Source: an uncultured Elusimicrobia bacterium (lineage in GTDB: Bacteria > Elusimicrobiota > Elusimicrobia > UBA1565 > UBA9628). From it: 64,000 bases of DNA. The stretch lies in NCBI GenBank assembly GCA_964537395.1, contig CAZIBN010000001.1, forward strand, positions 986 to 64,985, read 5' to 3'. A program made the translations under genes and the position numbers. Under the pieces are notes generated by a model. The model was not told where the DNA came from. It was given only the letters and a program-made list of their open reading frames with translations, and did not search any database. Below are positions 9,872 to 18,755 of the stretch, piece after piece (within the stretch, counting starts at the first letter, position 1; every line of letters begins with the position of its first letter).

Positions 9872-11153
9872 CCGAGCGCGCCCGGCGCGCGGTCTCCCGC
9901 AGGAACGACTGAGCCTTCGTGTCGCGCGGCTGCGCCGCGGGCCGAAGCCGCGCGACGGCGACCTCGCCGTCGAAGCCCTTCAGCCGCGCCCGCTCCCGCG
10001 CGGCGCCTACGAGCAACTCGTCGACGCCGGGCTCGTTTGCCGCCGTGCCGCTGATCATCGCCTCGCCGTCGCCCGAGAGCTTCATCAGGCGCGCGGCGGC
10101 GTTGACCGTGTTCCCGAAGAAGTCGAGCTCACCGGCGCGCTCCTCCCGGATGACGCGGCCCCAGCTCAAGCCGACGCGCGCGCGAAAAAGCCGTCCGAGC
10201 GGAGCGCTCGCCCTGAGGTCGGCCATGCGTCCCTGGATATCGGAGGCCGCCTTGACTCCGGCCGCGGCCGTCGGGAAGCTCGCCATCACCGTCTCGCCCT
10301 CGGTCTTGACGACGACGCCGCCATGACGCTCCACCGCGGCGCGCACGAAGGCGTGAAAGGTCTTGACCGCGGCGTAGGAGCGCCGCCGGCCGTAGCGCTC
10401 GTAGGCTTCGGTCCAGCCCTCGAGTCCGGCGAACATGGTCGCGGCGTTCTCGATACGGACGAGATCGACCGGACGAGGCGCGTCGGGGGTGCGTGCCGGC
10501 GGCGCCGCCGTCCCCTTCGAACCTTCCTCCGTCGCGATGCCCCCGCCGGCGGCGGCCGCGGCGAGCGCGAGCGTTTTCTCGACCGCACGGCCGTAGATCT
10601 CGGGGAGCGCGCCCGTCGCGTCCACGAGGACGCGGCCCGCATGCACGCCGACGCGCAGCGCCGGACCCTGGATGTTGCCGCGCTGGATCGCCTCGGCCGC
10701 GCCGAGCGCCGCTGCGTAGTTGGGGAACGCGATCAAGCTTCCGTCCCCGAGGCGGCGGATCACGGCGCCGTCAAATGCGGACGCCGTGCTTTCTGCGTCA
10801 TCGACGGCGCCGCGGATCATCGCGTGCGCGCGGCGGCTTCCCTCGGAGAGGTGCAGCGCCGTGGAATCCTTCGCGTCGAGCACGAGCAGGCCCACGCCGC
10901 GGCGCTCGTAGACGCCCGCGGCGCGCGACAGGTCGAGGGGAGCCGCAGAGAAAGGAACGGGCGACGGCGGGAGCGACGGCATCGCGGCGACGGGCACGGA
11001 TAGAAGCGTGGCGCCCAGCGCGGGAGGGGCCGGAGCCCAGAGTGACAACGCGGGAGCCTGCACGACGCGGGTCAGCGAACGCGCGGGAAGCTCGACGGCG
11101 GCGAAGGCCGCCCCCGCCGCGAAGCGCAGCAGAAGACAAGTCTCGATGATCAT
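9843..11153 (-). CDS. Tandem class III adenylate/guanylate cyclase-domain protein with signal-peptide-like N-terminus
   Basis: Two cyclase-homology domains (LVLDAKDST... and MFAGLEGWT...GNTVNAAARL). Hydrophobic N-terminus, then a P/A/L-rich segment. Confidence 0.75.
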   Translation of the reverse strand: MIIETCLLLRFAAGAAFAAVELPARSLTRVVQAPALSLWAPAPPALGATLLSVPVAAMPSLPPSPVPFSAAPLDLSRAAGVYERRGVGLLVLDAKDSTALHLSEGSRRAHAMIRGAVDDAESTASAFDGAVIRRLGDGSLIAFPNYAAALGAAEAIQRGNIQGPALRVGVHAGRVLVDATGALPEIYGRAVEKTLALAAAAAGGGIATEEGSKGTAAPPARTPDAPRPVDLVRIENAATMFAGLEGWTEAYERYGRRRSYAAVKTFHAFVRAAVERHGGVVVKTEGETVMASFPTAAAGVKAASDIQGRMADLRASAPLGRLFRARVGLSWGRVIREERAGELDFFGNTVNAAARLMKLSGDGEAMISGTAANEPGVDELLVGAARERARLKGFDGEVAVARLRPAAQPRDTKAQSFLRETARRARSAIVPAPDGK

Positions 11154-11274
11154 CCTGGCCTCAGGGTATCAGCTTCGCGCGGCCGCCGTCAGCGCCGACG
11201 GACCCAGGGGCCGGACGGCAAAGGACCCCCCCCGACGGCTTGCGCCGCGCGCGAAATCCGATTAAACTTCAGCC

Positions 11275-12378
11275 ATGTCCCACCGCGTGCTGGTCGTCGA
11301 AGACGATCTCGATATCCAGGGCTACTGTAAAACCATCTTAGAGTCCGAGGGCTTCGCGGTCGACGCCTGCGACACCGCGGCCGAGGCCCGCCGGCTCTTC
11401 ACCGCGAACCGCCCCGACCTGGCGGTCCTCGACATCGGCCTGCCCGACGGCACCGGCATGGACCTTATGAAGGAATGGCACGGCTTCCCGGGCCCCAAGG
11501 TCCCCGTCCTTTTCCTGACCGCGCGCGGCGATCTGAAGACCCGCCTCGAGTGCTTCCAGCAGGGTGCCACGGACTACGTCCACAAGCCGTTCGCCGCCGA
11601 GGAGCTGCTCGCCCGCGCGAAGGTCCACCTTCAGGTCAAAAAATCCCACGAGGAGCTGGTCAAGCGCAACTACGAGCTGGAATTAGTGGCGCGCGCCCGT
11701 CAGGACATGACCGACATGATCGTCCACGACCTGAAGGCCCCGCTGACCGCGATCAAGGGCACGCTCGAGCTGATCCACTCACGCGGCCTCATCAGCCAGG
11801 AGAACTACGTCTCCTTGCTGTCGAACGCGGGCTCCGCCGCCGACTTCATGCTGCTCATGCTCAACGACATGCTCGACCTGGCGCAGGCCAAGGCCTCGGG
11901 CCTCAAGCTGGATCCGGTCGCGATCGATCCCGCACTCCTCCTTCATAAGATCGAGACTTTGTTCGCCGGGCGCATGAAGCTGACGGGTGCGACCTTGGTC
12001 ATGCGCGTCGCACCCGGAGTCGAGAAGGTCCGCGCCGACCAGAACCTGCTCTATCGCATCCTCGCGAACCTGATCGCCAACGCGATGAAGGCGGCCCCCG
12101 GAGCCAAGCCCGTCGAGGTGGACTGCGGCTTCAACGGCGTCGCCGCGCGCTTCATCGTCTCCGACCGCGGCTACGGAGTCCCCGACGCGGAGAAGAAGCG
12201 AATCTTCGAGAAGTACGTCACCAGCGGCCGCAAGGACGCCGCGATGGACACCGGCACGGGCATCGGCCTGAGCTTCTGCCACGCGGCGGTCGCCGCGCAC
12301 AAGGGCCGCATCTGGGTCGAGGACCGCCCCGGCGGCGGCAGCCGGTTCCTGTTCGAGCTGCCCCAAACTTCGACGTAA
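11275..12378 (+). CDS. Hybrid response regulator-histidine kinase (REC + HisKA + HATPase_c)
   Basis: VLVVEDDLDIQ...LDIGLPDGTG...KPF, then H-box IVHDLKAPLTAIKG and G-boxes SDRGYGV / GTGIGLSFC. Confidence 0.85.
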   Translation: MSHRVLVVEDDLDIQGYCKTILESEGFAVDACDTAAEARRLFTANRPDLAVLDIGLPDGTGMDLMKEWHGFPGPKVPVLFLTARGDLKTRLECFQQGATDYVHKPFAAEELLARAKVHLQVKKSHEELVKRNYELELVARARQDMTDMIVHDLKAPLTAIKGTLELIHSRGLISQENYVSLLSNAGSAADFMLLMLNDMLDLAQAKASGLKLDPVAIDPALLLHKIETLFAGRMKLTGATLVMRVAPGVEKVRADQNLLYRILANLIANAMKAAPGAKPVEVDCGFNGVAARFIVSDRGYGVPDAEKKRIFEKYVTSGRKDAAMDTGTGIGLSFCHAAVAAHKGRIWVEDRPGGGSRFLFELPQTST

Positions 12379-12431
12379 AGAATCCGTTTATTCGGTTGAC
12401 TCGCGGCCCGTTCTTTGGGACCATTGGACCT

Positions 12432-13661
12432 ATGAACATAATAGGCCTGTCGGTCTCGCTCCTGCTCGTCGCGTCGTCCGCGTTCGCCGACGACTTCCCC
12501 CCCACGATCACCCCGAGCCTCGCCGAGGACATCTGGGTCTCCTTCGACCAGGCCGACCTCGCCCTGCCCCAGGCCGCGAACTTCCCGCTCTCCACCCCCG
12601 TGCTGACCGACGGCCGCACCACGGTGTACAAGGTGCGTCCCGACATGCTCCCGATCCTCTCGCAGTTCATGCACGACCGCTTCAACCGCTGCGGCGGCTA
12701 CCTCGCCCACGGCTCGGAAGCCGCGGCCCGCGCCTCGATGCGACCGAACGCCGTCGGACCGCGCGTCGCGTACACGCTCGACCAGCAGGCGACGGCGACG
12801 CCCCTCGTCGCCTCCGTCAGGGAAGCCAACATCCGCGGCACGATCTCGTCTCTCGCCGCCTATAACAACCGCTACTACCAGTCCGAGACCGGCGTCGAGG
12901 CCGCGCGCTGGCTGAAGGGCCGTTGGTCCGAGCTCGCCGCGAAGATGCCCGGCGCGTCCGCCGAGCTGTTCCCGCACTCCGCCTGGAAGCAGCCCTCCGT
13001 CATCCTGACCATCCCCGGCTCGGAGCTGCCCGATGAGATCGTGATCCTCGGCGGACATCTCGACTCGATCAGCGGCTGGGGCAACGCCGCGGCCCGCGCC
13101 CCCGGCGCCGACGACAACGCGTCCGGCATCGCCGTGCTGACCGAGGCCGCGCGCGCCCTCGCCGAGTCCGGCTACCGGCCGAAGCGCACCATCCAGTTCA
13201 TGGGCTACGCGGCCGAGGAAGTCGGCCTGCGCGGCTCGCAGGAGATCGCGGCGAAGTACGCCGCCGGCGGCAAGAAGGTCATCGGCGTGATCCAGCTCGA
13301 CATGTCGAACTTCGCGGGCTCGGGCGCCGGGATCTTCATGCTCACCGACATCGTGGACCCGGCCCTCAGCGCGTTCACGGCGAAGCTCATCACCACCTAC
13401 GCGGGCGTGGCGGCGTTCACGACCAAGTGCGGCTACGGCTGCTCCGACCACGCGTCCTGGACCAAGAAGGGCTTCCCCGCGGCGATGGCCTTCGAGTCGA
13501 CCTTCGACGGCTCGAACAAGGCGATCCACAGCGACCGGGACACCTTGGCGACCTCAGGCGGGGACGCCTCCCACTCGGTGCCCTTCGCCAAGCTCGCGGT
13601 CGCCTTCGCCGTCGAGCTCGCCAAGACCGCGACGCCCGCGGTCAAAGTCACCGCGCGCTAG
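12432..13661 (+). CDS. Secreted M28-family aminopeptidase
   Basis: Signal peptide MNIIGLSVSLLLVASSAFA. GGHLDS and DDNASGIAVLTE zinc-ligand motifs. Start at M13 of the ORF-track frame. Confidence 0.8.
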   Translation: MNIIGLSVSLLLVASSAFADDFPPTITPSLAEDIWVSFDQADLALPQAANFPLSTPVLTDGRTTVYKVRPDMLPILSQFMHDRFNRCGGYLAHGSEAAARASMRPNAVGPRVAYTLDQQATATPLVASVREANIRGTISSLAAYNNRYYQSETGVEAARWLKGRWSELAAKMPGASAELFPHSAWKQPSVILTIPGSELPDEIVILGGHLDSISGWGNAAARAPGADDNASGIAVLTEAARALAESGYRPKRTIQFMGYAAEEVGLRGSQEIAAKYAAGGKKVIGVIQLDMSNFAGSGAGIFMLTDIVDPALSAFTAKLITTYAGVAAFTTKCGYGCSDHASWTKKGFPAAMAFESTFDGSNKAIHSDRDTLATSGGDASHSVPFAKLAVAFAVELAKTATPAVKVTAR

Positions 13662-13662
13662 A

Positions 13663-14478
13663 TCAGGCTTTCGAGAGCGGCTTCGGCCAGGAAGCGAAGA
13701 GGAACAGCTCCCCTTCGCGGCCGTCGGCCGTGATCTTCGCGCCGGCGACCGCGTCGTCGTAGCGGATCACCCCGAGGCCTAAGGCGCCCGCCGAGCTCGT
13801 GACATGGCCGACGGCGCGCTCGCCACACAGCACGACGGCGCCCGCCGGCGCCGGCGCGCCGGCGAAGCGGATGCCCATCAGGATCTTGTTCACATGGCCG
13901 CGGAACACGATGCGCGAGACCGTCTCCTGACCCATGTAGCAGCCCTTGTCCATGCTGATCGCCGCGTCCTGGCGCGCCTCGAGCGGGAGAGACTCGTCGT
14001 TCATGTCGGCGCCGAACCAGGGGAAGCCGGCGCTCAAGCGCAGAGCCTCGAACTCCGCATCGCTCAGGAGCTCCGACTCCTCGGGCGGATCGACGCCCAG
14101 GAGCAGGCGCACGGGCTCGCCGAGGCGGGTCCAGGGCAGGCCGCGCTCATACCCCTCGCCGATGACGAGCCACGCCCGCTCCGAGCGCATGGCCTTGAGC
14201 GTGGAGTCGGACAGCATGATCTTCTTTTCGAAGGCCATGAGGAATCCGATGGCCGCGCCGGGCCGGGTCACGGCGAGCACGGACTCCGGCGTCTCTTCAT
14301 ACAGCTCGCAGTCGGCGACGAGCAGGCCCTTGGGCGTGAGCACGCACGCAGGCAAGCACACCCCGTGCGAGAGCTTGTTCATGTCCGCCGTCACAAGCCC
14401 CTGCAGGAATCTCTTCGCGTCGGGGCCATGTATCCGGAAGAAGCCCCACAGCGAGATATCGTACGCGCGCAAACCCAT
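13663..14478 (-). CDS. ygfZ: Folate-binding YgfZ/GcvT-family protein
   Basis: FFRIHGPDAKRFLQGLVTADM and the YgfZ signature KGCYMGQE. Confidence 0.75.
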   Translation of the reverse strand: MGLRAYDISLWGFFRIHGPDAKRFLQGLVTADMNKLSHGVCLPACVLTPKGLLVADCELYEETPESVLAVTRPGAAIGFLMAFEKKIMLSDSTLKAMRSERAWLVIGEGYERGLPWTRLGEPVRLLLGVDPPEESELLSDAEFEALRLSAGFPWFGADMNDESLPLEARQDAAISMDKGCYMGQETVSRIVFRGHVNKILMGIRFAGAPAPAGAVVLCGERAVGHVTSSAGALGLGVIRYDDAVAGAKITADGREGELFLFASWPKPLSKA

Positions 14479-14484
14479 GCGCCC

Positions 14485-14498
14485 ATTATAGCTATCCT
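14485..14498. promoter_or_regulatory. Back-to-back divergent -10 boxes (leaderless geometry)
   Basis: TATAAT (minus, 14490..14485) lies 6 nt before the ygfZ ATG 14478. TATCCT (14493..14498) lies 6 nt before GTG 14505. Confidence 0.5.
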
Positions 14499-14504
14499 AT
14501 CCCC

Positions 14505-15164
14505 GTGAAACGCGACATCGGCTTTCTTCTCGACATGGACGGCGTCGTCTGCCATAACATGCCTGCACACGAGGCGGCATGGACGGTTTTTTTTCGTGAG
14601 CATGGGATCGAGCTGGAGATCGACGAATTTCGAGCCAACACGATGGGGATGCCCACGCGCGAGGTCCTGCGCTATTACTTCAAGCGCGACGTCCCGCCCG
14701 AGGAAGCGCACGCCGCCGCCCTCGTGAAGGAGACCCTGTACCGGAAGCTATACCTTCCTGAACGCGCTGCCGCGAAGGGCCTGCTGCCGTTTTTGAAAGG
14801 CAGCCGCGCGGGCGGCTACCGCGTCGGCCTCGGCACAGGCTCGAAGGACGACAACGTGACGTTCATCCTCGACGGGCTCGAGCTGCGCCCCTGGTTCGAC
14901 GCTGTCGTCGACGGGGGCATGGTGACGAAGGGCAAGCCCGATCCGGAAACCTTCCTGATCCTCGCCGACAAGCTGAAGGTGGCGCCGAAGAACTGCGTCG
15001 TGTTCGAAGACTCCCTGCTCGGCGAGGAAGCGGCCCGGCGCGCGGGCATGAGCGTGATCGCGATCACGACCTCGCACCGCGCCGACGAGTTCAGATACGC
15101 GGCGATCAAGACCGCCGACTTCAGCGCGCTCACGCCCTCCAAGGCCGCCGCCCTACTATGTTAG
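14505..15164 (+). CDS. HAD-superfamily hydrolase (beta-phosphoglucomutase-like)
   Basis: DxDG motif LLDMDGVV, GTGS, KGKPDPE, FEDS. Confidence 0.8.
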   Translation: MKRDIGFLLDMDGVVCHNMPAHEAAWTVFFREHGIELEIDEFRANTMGMPTREVLRYYFKRDVPPEEAHAAALVKETLYRKLYLPERAAAKGLLPFLKGSRAGGYRVGLGTGSKDDNVTFILDGLELRPWFDAVVDGGMVTKGKPDPETFLILADKLKVAPKNCVVFEDSLLGEEAARRAGMSVIAITTSHRADEFRYAAIKTADFSALTPSKAAALLC

Positions 15165-15174
15165 AATCGTGCCC

Positions 15175-16173
15175 ATGAAGCTCGTCACCTTCGAGGTTCC
15201 CACGCCCCTTGGCCCCGTCGAGCGCCTCGGCGCCGTGCGCGGCGGCCGCATCGTGGACCTGAACCTCGCCGCGGCGCGCCTGTATCGCGCCCAGGGGAAG
15301 GCCCGCCCCGAGGCGCGCGCGGATTTCTTCGTGCCCCCCTGCCTGCTCGGCCTGCTCGACGGCGGGCACGAGTCGCTGACCGAGGCCCGAACCGCGCTGA
15401 ACTCGCTCAAGGGCTCGCCCGCGGGCGTGGTCTGGAAGGAAGGCGCGGTCAAGCTCAAGGCCCCTCTCCCCCGCCCGCGTTCCCTTCGAGACTTCTTCGC
15501 CTTCGAGAACCACGCGAAAGCGGGCGCTCAACGGCGCAACGAGCCGCTCGCGCCGGAATGGTACGAGCAACCGGTCTTTTACAAAGGCAATCCCCGCTCG
15601 ATCATCGGGCCGGGCGACGTGATCCCCTGGCCGGCGTACACGCGCAAGCTTGATTTCGAGTTCGAGGTCGCGGCGGTGGTGGGGAAGGCCGGACGGGACA
15701 TCTCGGTGAAGGACGCCCATCGGCATATCGCGGGCTACATCGTCATGAACGACTGCTCGGCGCGCGACATCCAGCGCAACGAGATGGTGTGCCGCATGGG
15801 GCCGGCGAAGGGAAAGGATTTTGCGACGATCCTTGGACCTTACTTCGTAACGGCTGACGAATGGAACGGCAGGATCCCAAAACTTAAAATACGAGTGAAC
15901 GGCAAAGAGTGGAGCAATTCACAGGGAGCACAGCCTTACTGGAATTTCTCGACCATGCTCTCACACGCTTCGCAGGGCGAGGACCTTCTGCCCGGCGACC
16001 TCCTCGGCTCGGGCACTTACTTCAAGGGATGCGGACTGGATATGGGCCGATGGATACGCCCCGGCGACAAGATCGAACTCGACGCGGGACCGCTCGGGAC
16101 TTTAACGAACCGCGTGGGAAAGCCCAACGGATCGATTCATCTCAAATACAAGAAAAACGGAGAGCGTGCATGA
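15175..16173 (+). CDS. Fumarylacetoacetate hydrolase family protein
   Basis: FAH-fold motifs (LDFEFEVAAVVGK, MNDCSARDIQ, AKGKDF). ATG lies 7 nt after TGtTAGAAT. Confidence 0.8.
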   Translation: MKLVTFEVPTPLGPVERLGAVRGGRIVDLNLAAARLYRAQGKARPEARADFFVPPCLLGLLDGGHESLTEARTALNSLKGSPAGVVWKEGAVKLKAPLPRPRSLRDFFAFENHAKAGAQRRNEPLAPEWYEQPVFYKGNPRSIIGPGDVIPWPAYTRKLDFEFEVAAVVGKAGRDISVKDAHRHIAGYIVMNDCSARDIQRNEMVCRMGPAKGKDFATILGPYFVTADEWNGRIPKLKIRVNGKEWSNSQGAQPYWNFSTMLSHASQGEDLLPGDLLGSGTYFKGCGLDMGRWIRPGDKIELDAGPLGTLTNRVGKPNGSIHLKYKKNGERA

Positions 16174-17396
16174 GCGTGATCCTGACCCGCGGCCGCGTGC
16201 CCAAGACGCCCCACACCGAGTTCTACTCGGAGCCCGAGGTGCTGGCGCTCGAGGAGATCCACGGCGTCTCCGGCTTCAACGGCGACTGGTCACGCAAGTA
16301 CCACTACCGCAAGTACCCGACCCAGCAGGTGAGCGAGCCCAAGCGCCTCCCTCTCGATCTGCGCCCGCAAACGATGGCTCCGCACCAGCCGCTCCAGCCC
16401 TGGCACATCCGCACCGGCCGGCTCAAGCCGCACGGCGACCACATCAGCGGCCGCGTGCCGCTCGTGTACGGACCGACGACCGTCGTGTCCGCGGCCCGCT
16501 TCGAGAAATCGTGCCCGGCCCAAAGGTTCTTCCGCAACGGCGACGGCCACGAGCTGTGGTTCGTGCAGGAAGGCTCGGGCCTGATCGCGTCCGAGTTCGG
16601 CGTGCTCCCGTTCCGAAAGGGGCATTACGTGAACATCCCGAAGGGCACGACCTACCGCGTCGAGCTCGAAAGCGAGGACTGCGCGCTGCTGATCGTCGAG
16701 TCGCGCCTGCCCATCCAGTTCGCCCCGCACTACCTCAACGCGTCCGGCCAGGCGCACCTGACGGCCCCCATCGTGGAGACCGAGATCGGCATGCCCGAGT
16801 TCCGGCCCGCGCGCGACGAGGATGGCGAGTTCCGCGTGTGGACCAAGCACGGAGGCGGCCTCGTGACGGAGCTGTTTCTCGGCCATCACCCCTTCGACCT
16901 CATCGGCTGGGAGGGCGCCTTGTATCCGTACACCTTTCACGTCGACGACCACCATCCCCTGGCCCGCGAGATCCACACCGCTCCGCCCACGCGGCAGACC
17001 TTCCAGTCGGGCACGGCGCCGCATAACGGCTTCGCCGTATGCACCTTCAAGGGTCAGATCGAGGGCTGGAACCCGCGCGACGTGCCCGCGCCGTACGCGC
17101 ACTACAACGTGGACAGCGACGAGGTGATGTTCTTCTCGAATACGAGCTACGGCGCGCGCAAGGGGCTCGTGGAGCCGGGCTCGTTCACCTTCCACCCCGG
17201 CGCGCTCCCCCATTCGCCGCACGGGATGGCGGCCAAACGCTCCTTCGCCGAACGCGGAAAGCTCTCGGATTACCTCGCGGTCATGCTCGACACCTTCTTC
17301 GAGCCTCTCGAGGTGGCTAAGCAGGCTCTGCCGCTCGCCGACAAGGACTACCCGCTGAGCTGGAATCGGGACACGCAGGGCATCTCGGGAGCGTAG
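16170..17396 (+). CDS. hmgA: Homogentisate 1,2-dioxygenase-like cupin
   Basis: MSVILTRGRVPKTPHTEFYSEPEVLALEEIHGVSGFNGDW... ATGA overlap with the FAH stop. The N-terminal extension in the ORF track is rejected. Confidence 0.7.
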   Translation: MSVILTRGRVPKTPHTEFYSEPEVLALEEIHGVSGFNGDWSRKYHYRKYPTQQVSEPKRLPLDLRPQTMAPHQPLQPWHIRTGRLKPHGDHISGRVPLVYGPTTVVSAARFEKSCPAQRFFRNGDGHELWFVQEGSGLIASEFGVLPFRKGHYVNIPKGTTYRVELESEDCALLIVESRLPIQFAPHYLNASGQAHLTAPIVETEIGMPEFRPARDEDGEFRVWTKHGGGLVTELFLGHHPFDLIGWEGALYPYTFHVDDHHPLAREIHTAPPTRQTFQSGTAPHNGFAVCTFKGQIEGWNPRDVPAPYAHYNVDSDEVMFFSNTSYGARKGLVEPGSFTFHPGALPHSPHGMAAKRSFAERGKLSDYLAVMLDTFFEPLEVAKQALPLADKDYPLSWNRDTQGISGA

Positions 17397-17397
17397 C

Positions 17398-18009
17398 ATG
17401 CAGCTCGACCCGGAGACCTTGGCGGTCCGCGACCGCTACCTGCTGATGATCGCGACGATCCTCCCACGGCCGATCGCCTGGGTCGCGACGGTTTCCCCGG
17501 AGGGGAAGCCGAACTTGGCCCCCTTCTCGTTCTTCACGGGGATCTGCGCGAATCCGATGACGGTGTGCTTCGCGCCGGTGAACGATAGGCATGGGAAGAA
17601 GAAAGACACGCTGATCAACATCGAAGCGACGGGTCAGTTTACCGTCAATATCGTGAATGAGCAAAATGCCGAGAAGATGAACGCGACCTCGGCGCCTTAT
17701 GCGTACGGCGTGAACGAATTTGAGCAGTGCGGTGTGACGGCCATTCCGAGCGAGAGAATCAAGCCGCCGCGAGTGAAAGAGAGCCCTGTAGCTTACGAAT
17801 GCGAACTACAGCAGATAGTTCGTATCGGAGAAGGGCCCTTGGCCGGAAACTTGGTCATCGGACGCGTGGTTATGTTTCACTGCGAGGACGCCCTCTACAA
17901 CAACGGCAAGATCAAACATCAAGATATTCATGCCATCGGCCGCATGGAAGGCGCCTGGTATTCCAAGACGAACGACGCGTTCGAGCTCCCCCGCCCGGAG
18001 GTCGCATGA
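17398..18009 (+). CDS. Flavin reductase-like (FMN-binding split-barrel) protein
   Basis: RPIAWVATVSPEGKPNLAPFSFF. Confidence 0.75.
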   Translation: MQLDPETLAVRDRYLLMIATILPRPIAWVATVSPEGKPNLAPFSFFTGICANPMTVCFAPVNDRHGKKKDTLINIEATGQFTVNIVNEQNAEKMNATSAPYAYGVNEFEQCGVTAIPSERIKPPRVKESPVAYECELQQIVRIGEGPLAGNLVIGRVVMFHCEDALYNNGKIKHQDIHAIGRMEGAWYSKTNDAFELPRPEVA

Positions 18010-18755
18010 AGAAGCAGCCTTTTCATAATTTCGTCGTCGACCACATGACCTTTCTCGTCGAGCCCGAGATTTACAAGACGACCTACGCGCTGTTCCGGAT
18101 CATCCTCGGCGTATCGAGAGAAGATCTTATTTATGAAAAACGCTCGAGCTGGCCCGGGGAAAAGCCCGCCTCCATGACCTTCGCCTCGCGCATCGGGATC
18201 GAGAAGAACCCGGCGGTCCCCAACCAGGCGATCATCGCCGTCGTCCAGCCCACCGAGCCCGAAACGCAGAGCTCCCACGTGCGCACGATGCTCAAGAATC
18301 GCGGCGGCGGTTGCCATTGGCAGCATATCGCCCTGCGGACGCCGGATCTCGTGGGTTTTCATAAATTCTGCCTCGCGCGCGGCGTCAACTTCATCACGCC
18401 CATCCTGAAGGATTCGCATGACGACCTGATCCAGGTGTTCAGCGGCGAGTGGATGACGCCCGGCGGAAAGCCGACGGCGACCTTCTTCGAGTTCGTCCAG
18501 CGCGACCCGAGCCCCGAGCTGCTCAAGGAGCTCGAGACCGCGTCTAACCGCGAGTCCTGGTTCCGCGACAAGACCTTCCTCGGCCTGTACGGCGAGAAGG
18601 AGAACGAGTACAAGCGCGGCAAGGCGACGCCGTTCATCCCCGACGCGCTCGCCAAGAAGATCGCCGCCCGCCTCAAAGGACTCGAGGTCTGGGAGATCGA
18701 AGACTCCCTGCTCGACAAGGTCGAGGCCGACATGCTCGAGCACGCCGCCTCTTGA
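18006..18755 (+). CDS. Single-domain VOC protein resembling the C-terminal catalytic domain of 4-hydroxyphenylpyruvate dioxygenase
   Basis: VDHMTFLV, WQHIALRTPDL and FFEFVQR give an H/H/E ligand pattern. 249 aa. ATGA overlap with the upstream gene. Confidence 0.6.
   Translation: MKKQPFHNFVVDHMTFLVEPEIYKTTYALFRIILGVSREDLIYEKRSSWPGEKPASMTFASRIGIEKNPAVPNQAIIAVVQPTEPETQSSHVRTMLKNRGGGCHWQHIALRTPDLVGFHKFCLARGVNFITPILKDSHDDLIQVFSGEWMTPGGKPTATFFEFVQRDPSPELLKELETASNRESWFRDKTFLGLYGEKENEYKRGKATPFIPDALAKKIAARLKGLEVWEIEDSLLDKVEADMLEHAAS

Noticed and set aside
12171-13529. 452-aa minus-strand ORF
   Set aside because: It is antisense to the well-supported M28 peptidase and hybrid kinase genes. Its Arg/Gly/Ala/Asp-rich, motif-free translation is typical of spurious open frames in GC-rich DNA.
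15909-16169. N-terminal extension of the homogentisate dioxygenase ORF
   Set aside because: It overlaps the 3' end of the FAH gene in another frame. ATG 16170 gives the ATGA coupling and a sensible N-terminus.
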